The position numbers and the translations under genes were made by a program. This document shows, one piece after another, positions 8,036-14,310 of a DNA stretch of 16,625 nucleotides (positions within the stretch are counted from its first letter, which is position 1; the number at the start of each line of letters is the position of its first letter). The notes beneath the pieces were generated by a model, which ran no database searches, was not told where the DNA came from, and saw only the letters and a program-made list of their open reading frames with translations. Origin of the DNA: a virus; UHGV virus genome UHGV-1607792. One strand, written 5' to 3'.

Positions 8036-9346
8036 CTATGCTGTTTGTTGAACATTGACAGTCACAAGCACCTGTTTACCAGGCTCCTGCGATTTCATTT
8101 GACGTGACACTTCAATGAATGCATCAAGCAATTGCGCAGGTGAAACAGTCATGCCTTGCTCCATAAGCTGCTTACGCAATGCTGCGATTTGCTGACTTGC
8201 ATTTTGGTCATTGCCAATTGACAACATTAGTGAATCAAGTCGACGTCCAAGTTCTGCAACTTTAAGTTGAATTGACTGCAATTGTGATGCTGAATCTGCA
8301 AGTTGACTGATAGCTTGCATGTACAAATCAAGCGACACGCCATCAATATTCGATACTTCAATGGGCGCAAGTCCAACATTGCATGAGCTTACTCTAGTGC
8401 AAATGCGAAATGCGATTGCATTTGCAGAGCCATCATCAGACACTGCTTTCTTAACAAAGCGTTGCATGCTGTAACCTCTGCCACCCGATTCTTCATATCG
8501 ATTGACAAAGAACAATGAATGCAAGCATCGTGTTTTGACAGTTGGATTTGACTGCAGCCAAACATCACAATACAATGCAATGCAATTGAATTCAATGTCT
8601 TCATTGAATGCTTCATAATCTGAGAACTGTAGCTTCAATCTATCAACTGCACGGCTCAAACTGTATCGACTTGCAGGTTCTACAACATCTGCATTGTCAT
8701 AGATAGCTTTTGTGAATGTTGTGTCGCCATCTTCAAGACCCTGAGCGTTTTCTTGGAATGTTTCTGGCACATAGCCAACTTCAATGCCTGGATATGTTGC
8801 AGCAGACCATTTTGCATTGCATCGCTTCGCGTTTGCAGGTATGTACAAATACTGCTCAGTGTATGGCATACCATTAAGCTCAACTACGCCAAAATCAATT
8901 GCATTGCCAATATATGTGACAAGTGGTTGCCAATCTGAACGTTGTACAAATGCTGCACCATCTGCAGTAGACTCAAGTTCAAGAGCAGAAGCCTTTTGAA
9001 ACATCTTCCACAACGCAGATTCTGTGAATGTTTCATTGGCAGACTCCAGCAATGACGTTGCAAGCAATGAGCAGTTGTCGAGGTAGTTTTGACACAATGC
9101 TGGCACAAGAGCGTTGGCGTCTTCAACCATCGTAGTGTCATTGAACTCTGATGGATGCACAAAGAACTTTTGCCCATTGTGCTCAGCGTCATTGTACCAA
9201 TCTGGAATGTTCAAACAAGCAAACACAGATGGTGACACGACAATGTCGTGATTTAATGTCGCATTTGTCAGTAGCGTATTTGTGTCAGTGAACACAAGTA
9301 CAGTGCCTTGTGTTAACTTTAACGGGTCGAAAACGGAAACTCTCAT
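8036..9346 (-). CDS. hypothetical protein, 436 aa, C-terminal coiled-coil-like region
   Basis: ATG at 9344-9346, 2 nt after the TAA of the 144-aa gene; TAG at 8036-8038. Confidence 0.8.
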   Translation of the reverse strand: MRVSVFDPLKLTQGTVLVFTDTNTLLTNATLNHDIVVSPSVFACLNIPDWYNDAEHNGQKFFVHPSEFNDTTMVEDANALVPALCQNYLDNCSLLATSLLESANETFTESALWKMFQKASALELESTADGAAFVQRSDWQPLVTYIGNAIDFGVVELNGMPYTEQYLYIPANAKRCNAKWSAATYPGIEVGYVPETFQENAQGLEDGDTTFTKAIYDNADVVEPASRYSLSRAVDRLKLQFSDYEAFNEDIEFNCIALYCDVWLQSNPTVKTRCLHSLFFVNRYEESGGRGYSMQRFVKKAVSDDGSANAIAFRICTRVSSCNVGLAPIEVSNIDGVSLDLYMQAISQLADSASQLQSIQLKVAELGRRLDSLMLSIGNDQNASQQIAALRKQLMEQGMTVSPAQLLDAFIEVSRQMKSQEPGKQVLVTVNVQQTA

Positions 9347-9348
9347 TG

Positions 9349-9783
9349 TTATAAAATTGTCAATCGATGCTCTGCATCAGTTTGCTCACTGTTAAATGTC
9401 ACTGTCACTGAGTGCTCAGTGTCATTGAAACTTGCAATGCATTCATGCTCAATGCCTGCAATTCGCAAATGCACATCAGCAAAAGTCTTGTCAATTGTTG
9501 ATTTGATGACATACACATATTGCGGTGCTTGTGCTTCAAGTCGAGTAACAGTCACATACTGATTGTCTACTTGCTCTTCACTATTTACAAGCTCAGTCAA
9601 TGTTGGCTTTACTACACTGACATGTGCAAACTGCAATGCTTTAAGTACTGCTTTGCTTCTTGAATCTACTTGTTGCTGATTTGACACCAGCAGTTTGATT
9701 GCAGAGTATGGTGTCTCTACATTAGCATCAATAGTATTGAGTGCAATAGGCTTTACAGTAGCCAAAAATTCTGCAAGTGTCAT
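9349..9783 (-). CDS. hypothetical protein, 144 aa
   Basis: ATG at 9781-9783, 1 nt after the TAA of the 176-aa frame; TAA at 9349-9351. Confidence 0.7.
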   Translation of the reverse strand: MTLAEFLATVKPIALNTIDANVETPYSAIKLLVSNQQQVDSRSKAVLKALQFAHVSVVKPTLTELVNSEEQVDNQYVTVTRLEAQAPQYVYVIKSTIDKTFADVHLRIAGIEHECIASFNDTEHSVTVTFNSEQTDAEHRLTIL

Positions 9784-9784
9784 A

Positions 9785-10285
9785 TTATGAAAGCTGAGCC
9801 GTAGTGTACCAAGTTAAGTCAGATTCATTGTACGTCAATGCAATTGTAAGAGCTTGACCAAGTTGCTGTGACAATTGCTTACATGAATCAATGAATGCTT
9901 GCATATCTGCATATGACTTTGTGTAGAACATGCACCATTCTGTTGTATTGACTGCGACATTATGAACATCTGCAAGATGACAGACTTCTACAGATGATAC
10001 ATTAAAGTCTGAGCCATCTTCATCAACATGATGCACATTGTTTGCGCACCAATACTGATACAAACGAGCTTTGTCTGATGCAGTCATGTCAAACTGCATG
10101 CGTTGAGCAATTGATTCATCGACATTATCAATGAATTGCTTTGCTGACTTTGATTCAAGCATCGCATGATGCAGTGTATGATTTGCATGCCAGTCTGGAG
10201 TGCCGATTGCTACGCTAAGCTGATTTTCAAACACAAATTGTTGTGCTTGAGCTTCTTCGTAGCATTGTGTCCATGTCTTTGTCAT
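9785..10285 (-). CDS. hypothetical protein, 166 aa
   Basis: ORF track starts at a TTG (10315); the first ATG is 10 codons in (MTKTWTQCYEE...), at 10283-10285. First gene after the terminator that follows the sigma gene. Confidence 0.7.
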   Translation of the reverse strand: MTKTWTQCYEEAQAQQFVFENQLSVAIGTPDWHANHTLHHAMLESKSAKQFIDNVDESIAQRMQFDMTASDKARLYQYWCANNVHHVDEDGSDFNVSSVEVCHLADVHNVAVNTTEWCMFYTKSYADMQAFIDSCKQLSQQLGQALTIALTYNESDLTWYTTAQLS

Positions 10286-10342
10286 GTTGTTTATCTTAAG
10301 TTTGTATATGTACAAATAATGTTGATGTTGTATTGAAGCATC

Positions 10343-10384
10343 GCAAAATAAGGCCAGACTACTCGGTTGAGCTTGTCTGGCCTT
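10343..10384 (-). terminator. intrinsic terminator candidate after the sigma factor gene
   Basis: 10-bp GC-rich stem aaggccagac (10350-10359) / gtctggcctt (10375-10384), 15-nt loop, followed on the minus strand by AUUUUG. Begins 19 nt after the sigma TAG. Confidence 0.55.
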
Positions 10385-10402
10385 TCAAATGTATCTTGCT
10401 TG

Positions 10403-11299
10403 CTACAGTGTTCCGCAAAGTAATTCACGTAAATCCATGCCAGCTTGTGTGCTGTATTGAGCAATCATGTTGCGTTCAGCTTCAGACATGCTCCAATAGA
10501 TTTTGTGAAAACTGCGTTTGATAATTGTATGAATGCCAGATGTGCTACAGTTGAGCTTCTTTGCAAGTTCTGCATGAGTTAGCAAATCAGCATCGCCAAG
10601 GCCATATACATGCGTAAGTACGAGCTTTTCATTTTGTGTGAGCTGTTCAAATGCTCTTTGCAGAATCTTTGTGTTGCGTTTGTGAGCATCCTCGATTTCA
10701 AGAACTTCTTGACCTGTTTTGAAGTCTGACCTCAAATCATTCTGAACTGGCGACCATGTATCGCCATCTTTGTCAAGTGTAGTGTCATCTTTGCTGGTGA
10801 ATTGTTTGACTTCAAGAACTCTTTCATATGCTCCACGAATACCAGTAGATAATTGTTGACTTGTCAGATTGAGTTCGTCAAGCACATATTTCTTAATCCA
10901 AGGATATGCATATGTGCTAAACTTTGCTTCACGAACTCCTGCAGGCAATACGCCTTCTACGTAATTCTTGGCTGCTATTGACAATCCAAGATTGCCTGCT
11001 TGAATGACATCATCCAATGGAACCGAGCGTTTGCCAGATGCGAACCATAAGCTTCGTGCAACTGATATGACCAATCTTAAACAAGATTTGATAAGAGCTT
11101 CACGATTTTCTTGAGTCTTCTTGAATCGAGTAACATCACAATATCGCTTTGCAGTAGCCAGCGATTTGACTTCTTCAGGAGTAAGCTCATTCTCCATCCT
11201 CATTTGCTTGAGCTCTTCCTTTGTGTATAGACGTTCTCTTGTGATTCTACCTACGTCCTTTACGTAGCCTTGATTGATTTGTGAATTTGAACCTGCCAT
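10403..11299 (-). CDS. sigma-70 family RNA polymerase sigma factor, 298 aa
   Basis: Region 2 signature: LRLVISVARSL...LDDVIQAGNLGLSIAAKNY...KFSTYAYPWIKKYVLDEL, compared from memory with the E. coli RpoD segments LRLVISIAKKY / LIQEGNIGLMKAV / KFSTYATWWIRQAI. Region 4 helix-turn-helix: LTHAELAKKLNCSTSGIHTIIKRSFHKI. ATG at 11297-11299, TAG at 10403-10405. Flanked upstream by a 133-bp AT-rich gap and downstream by a GC-rich hairpin terminator. Confidence 0.85.
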   Translation of the reverse strand: MAGSNSQINQGYVKDVGRITRERLYTKEELKQMRMENELTPEEVKSLATAKRYCDVTRFKKTQENREALIKSCLRLVISVARSLWFASGKRSVPLDDVIQAGNLGLSIAAKNYVEGVLPAGVREAKFSTYAYPWIKKYVLDELNLTSQQLSTGIRGAYERVLEVKQFTSKDDTTLDKDGDTWSPVQNDLRSDFKTGQEVLEIEDAHKRNTKILQRAFEQLTQNEKLVLTHVYGLGDADLLTHAELAKKLNCSTSGIHTIIKRSFHKIYWSMSEAERNMIAQYSTQAGMDLRELLCGTL

Positions 11300-11432
11300 G
11301 GTTGTGTAACTTATTTAGTTTTAATTTGTTATATAAATTTAATCATTTTTTGTCACATATGAAAATGTTTTGCACATTATTTTCACATAAAGTGTAAAAA
11401 AGTTATGAACATTTTGTTAACACATGTAGACA
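11300..11432 (-). promoter_or_regulatory. AT-rich intergenic region upstream of the sigma gene; candidate promoter and repeated TTTTG(T)CACAT elements
   Basis: 133 bp with no ORF. On the minus strand: GTGACA (plus 11351-11356), 17 nt, TATAAC (plus 11328-11333), about 25 nt upstream of the ATG, resembling a sigma-70 -35/-10 pair (5/6 and 5/6). Three spaced copies of ttttg(t)cacat(a/t) on the plus strand. The promoter assignment is inference only. Confidence 0.4.
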
Positions 11433-13016
11433 TCAAACCATTTCATTCAACTTGTCGACATTCTTTTTAGCGTCTGCACTTTGTACAAATGCATAGACAT
11501 TATCATAGACTTTGCTAATTGCTGCATCTGTGTAATCATAGAAGCTGTGTCGAGTTCTTGAAGTTCTGCCACCTTTGATGCCAAGTGATGCTTTGTCAGA
11601 ATCTGATGGTTTCCAATATGTTCGCCCAAACCCCGTAGATAGAATCATACTTTCCACGCCAGACCTATCTCGTGGCATAGCATGTTTCAAATGGCAAGTT
11701 ACAATGAAGTCAGTTGGAAAGTCATCATAGCCAAGCTCACTTGATGCAGGTTGAATGTCAGTCTTCGTTAAGATAAGATTGCCAATGCTTGCTATGGGTC
11801 GAAGTGGGTTTCCTAATAGCAAATGCCATTCTCCGATGGCGTCGCCCTTTAGCAAGCTATTCATAACAGGAATTGCTGGTCGACCAATAGTGTTCAAGAA
11901 TTTCGCAACAGCAAAACGTTGAAATGCAAGTTTAGCAATCTGCTGCAATTTTTGTTTTGCTGCTTCTTTTCCACCTCCGCTTGCATTCATAATGTTTTGA
12001 GCAATGCCTTTGAAGAAGTCTGTGATTGAGTTGAATGAACCATCAAGCGCATCTTGAATGATTGTAGATTCAAGTTCAAGTGCTTTGTTCCAGAACACTG
12101 ATGGCTGTCCGCCAACCCAGTAGCGACCACCTCCCCAAAAACGCGCGTCATTGTATGTGCATTGCATCACATTGCTCAACAAGTCAAGCATTGCTGTTTT
12201 GGGATTGATTCCATCAATCGACTTCAATGAATAAAAGAATTTGACAGTCAATTCATGCTCAAAGTTCAAGCCGACATCACGAATATGCGTTTGTGTAATT
12301 GAATCAATTGGGCCATAGACTTTATTGTGGTCATGTGTAGGGTCTATTGACAGTCGTGCTTTGCCACGCATTTGGTCTTTTGCATACACTGGGTCCATCA
12401 ATTTTGCCACTCGGCCCATCCAGCCACTAATGCCATAATTGCCTCCACTGTCACCACGCATTTCGCCTTGCTCCAATGCAGCAGACAATTCTTTCCAACG
12501 CATGCCAAAACTGAAGCTCAACAAATCTTCAAGTTTGTTGTTTTCACCATCAAACCACGTAATCATATGAGCGATTTCAGGTGTTTGCTGAACTGTTGTG
12601 TTGAAGATGTCATCTTGACATGGCTCAGCAAATCTGCGCAATGTTATGAGTCTGTTGTTTGGGATTTGACCAAGAAATCTGCAATATGCAAAGTCTTGCC
12701 AATCGTATGTTGATGCGCCAATGGGGTTGTTAATGATATTTGCTGCAGTAGGCGTCAAGTATTGCAGGCCTTGCAAGTCTTGGTCAAAGTACACAGTTTT
12801 GCCATCAGGCAATTGCGGTGCTGCAAATAGATTCCATGCATTGAACAAAGACTGCACACCTTGTTTTGACGCATCTTCTGCGCCACGAGGCATATCAGCA
12901 TTGAGTTTCTTTTCATAAAACCCATGCTCATAGTCTGTCTCTTGTGCAAATGCACCAGTCAGTGTGCTACTATCTGCATTGAGCTTATTGTCTTTTGGCG
13001 GAGCTATTGTAGCCAT
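11433..13016 (-). CDS. hypothetical protein, 527 aa (Gly/Trp-containing; function unknown)
   Basis: ORF track starts at a TTG (13046); the first ATG is 10 codons in (MATIAPPKDNKL...), at 13014-13016. TGA at 11433-11435. Confidence 0.8.
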   Translation of the reverse strand: MATIAPPKDNKLNADSSTLTGAFAQETDYEHGFYEKKLNADMPRGAEDASKQGVQSLFNAWNLFAAPQLPDGKTVYFDQDLQGLQYLTPTAANIINNPIGASTYDWQDFAYCRFLGQIPNNRLITLRRFAEPCQDDIFNTTVQQTPEIAHMITWFDGENNKLEDLLSFSFGMRWKELSAALEQGEMRGDSGGNYGISGWMGRVAKLMDPVYAKDQMRGKARLSIDPTHDHNKVYGPIDSITQTHIRDVGLNFEHELTVKFFYSLKSIDGINPKTAMLDLLSNVMQCTYNDARFWGGGRYWVGGQPSVFWNKALELESTIIQDALDGSFNSITDFFKGIAQNIMNASGGGKEAAKQKLQQIAKLAFQRFAVAKFLNTIGRPAIPVMNSLLKGDAIGEWHLLLGNPLRPIASIGNLILTKTDIQPASSELGYDDFPTDFIVTCHLKHAMPRDRSGVESMILSTGFGRTYWKPSDSDKASLGIKGGRTSRTRHSFYDYTDAAISKVYDNVYAFVQSADAKKNVDKLNEMV

Positions 13017-13042
13017 ATCTTCAAATGTATTTAGGATATGTA

Positions 13043-13081
13043 CCAAACAAACAAAAAGCTTGACTTATTCAGTCAAGCTTT
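13043..13081 (-). terminator. terminator-like hairpin overlapping the stop codon of the 163-aa gene
   Basis: 11-bp perfect stem aaagcttgact (13055-13065) / agtcaagcttt (13071-13081) with 5-nt loop, followed on the minus strand by UUGUUUGUUUGG. The TAA of the 163-aa gene is at the stem/loop junction. Confidence 0.5.
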
Positions 13082-13556
13082 GTTCAGAAAGTTCAATAAT
13101 TTGTGTTTCGTATAGTCGTCTTAGTTCATCAAATCTTACACAGTTTTTGTCATACAGTGTAGCAAGACCTTGCAATGCTTGTTGTTTGCTTGTCCATACA
13201 ATGTCAGCAGTCAAATCCCATAACCACTTTTGTGCATAATAGAACTTCCAGTCATGCCAAAATGTTTGCGTAGTGATTTGTTGTTCTTTATCATCAATGT
13301 AGACAAAGTGATGCGTTGGATTGCCACTTTCAAGGTCTACAAATCTGAATGTTTTGTTTGCTACATGCTTAGCAATCCATTCGTCAGATGCAATGACTTC
13401 TTGCAATGCACATTGATAATAGTAACGCTTTGCAATGTCAAAGTGACGAACAACTACGCCACGAAACAATGTCCATAGCCATGGCTCTTCTTCTGAACTT
13501 CTAATCCAATAAACTTCTTGATTTACTGGTAGAAAATCGTAGTGAACGAGGTCCAT
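13065..13556 (-). CDS. hypothetical protein, 163 aa, Trp-rich
   Basis: ATG at 13554-13556, 3 nt after the TAA of the upstream gene; its own TAA (13065-13067) sits inside the loop of a terminator-like hairpin. Confidence 0.7.
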   Translation of the reverse strand: MDLVHYDFLPVNQEVYWIRSSEEEPWLWTLFRGVVVRHFDIAKRYYYQCALQEVIASDEWIAKHVANKTFRFVDLESGNPTHHFVYIDDKEQQITTQTFWHDWKFYYAQKWLWDLTADIVWTSKQQALQGLATLYDKNCVRFDELRRLYETQIIELSEQSLTE

Positions 13557-13559
13557 TGC

Positions 13560-14138
13560 TTACAGATGCACATTGACACTTGTCACAAGGTCGCAATCAA
13601 TCAATGCTTTGAGCGTGTCAATTTCATTGTAGCCAAATGCGCGTGTAGCAGCAAGCACATGATTGACATCTACTGCAGCAGTAATGTCGACTACAACAGT
13701 CTTGTCATCTTCAAGTGGCTGCAAACGCTTGATGAGTTGATGCAGCATATCGTCTGCAGGTGCGCTTAGCTGCTGTACTGGATATGCCGGTATATGCTGC
13801 ACTGGTTCAATTGGTGATGTTATTGGCGATGTAGTTGCTGGTGACACTGGTGCAATTGGTACTACATGCTGTACTGGTGCGATGACTTCAGATACAACAC
13901 TGCCATCTGCAGCAGTCGTAGATACACTTGGAATCGCAATTGGCTGAGAGAACACGTCGTCTTGAGGGCGATTCCATGTTTCAATTTCAGACAATGCATA
14001 AAGACGATTTTGACTGTCCCATGCCTTATCAGCTTCTTCGTCAATTGCAACAATTGTTCGAATTTCTGCCGTTGCTGGCCTATCGCCGTTTTCGAGCTGT
14101 TCAATGACTCTGATAGGCGCTATTGATGTTCGTGCCAT
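13560..14138 (-). CDS. hypothetical protein, 192 aa, with Pro/Val-rich low-complexity linker
   Basis: ORF track starts at a TTG (14195) inside a palindromic intergenic region; the first ATG is 19 codons in (MARTSIAPIRV...), placed at 14136-14138 by codon arithmetic from the track. Linker PVQHVVPIAPVSPATTSPITSPIEPVQHIPAYPVQQ. TAA at 13560-13562. Confidence 0.7.
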   Translation of the reverse strand: MARTSIAPIRVIEQLENGDRPATAEIRTIVAIDEEADKAWDSQNRLYALSEIETWNRPQDDVFSQPIAIPSVSTTAADGSVVSEVIAPVQHVVPIAPVSPATTSPITSPIEPVQHIPAYPVQQLSAPADDMLHQLIKRLQPLEDDKTVVVDITAAVDVNHVLAATRAFGYNEIDTLKALIDCDLVTSVNVHL

Positions 14139-14167
14139 GTTTGGATTGTTTTTTATATTGTACAATA

Positions 14168-14239
14168 TGCAAAGTGCTTTTGCACTTTGATGCAAAGTAC
14201 TGCGTACACAACATGCAATGCATAAATTTGCATTTATGC
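14168..14239. promoter_or_regulatory. palindrome cluster in the leader of the 192-aa gene
   Basis: caaagtgc-tttt-gcactttg (14170-14189) with a near-copy caaagtac (14193-14200) that could pair with the same central arm; and gcataaat-ttgc-atttatgc (14220-14239). Confidence 0.5.
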
Positions 14240-14257
14240 TGCTGTTTTACGCTGAGC

Positions 14258-14297
14258 ACCCTGCGTAAAATAGTGAAATGCTTATTTTACGCAGGGT
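14258..14297. other. perfect 15-bp inverted repeat (stem-loop) immediately downstream of the BACON-repeat gene; no U-tract on either strand
   Basis: accctgcgtaaaata (14258-14272), 10-nt loop, tattttacgcagggt (14283-14297). Coordinates confirmed against the frame of an overlapping track ORF. Possible terminator, RNA processing site or protein-binding palindrome. Confidence 0.6.
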
Positions 14298-14310
14298 ACG
14301 TCAGGTTAAA

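Noticed and set aside
11359-11385. Terminator hairpin for the 527-aa gene inside the AT-rich region
   Set aside because: Only weak 4-7 bp A/T stems are available (e.g. tgaaaat/attttca); too unstable to call, although a T-run is present on the minus strand.
13022-13029. Bacteroidota-type -7 promoter box TAnnTTTG (TACATTTG on the minus strand) with TTTG 18 nt upstream
   Set aside because: It lies only about 5 nt upstream of the ATG of the 527-aa gene, so it cannot serve as that gene's promoter unless transcripts are leaderless. A single match to a short consensus is not significant.
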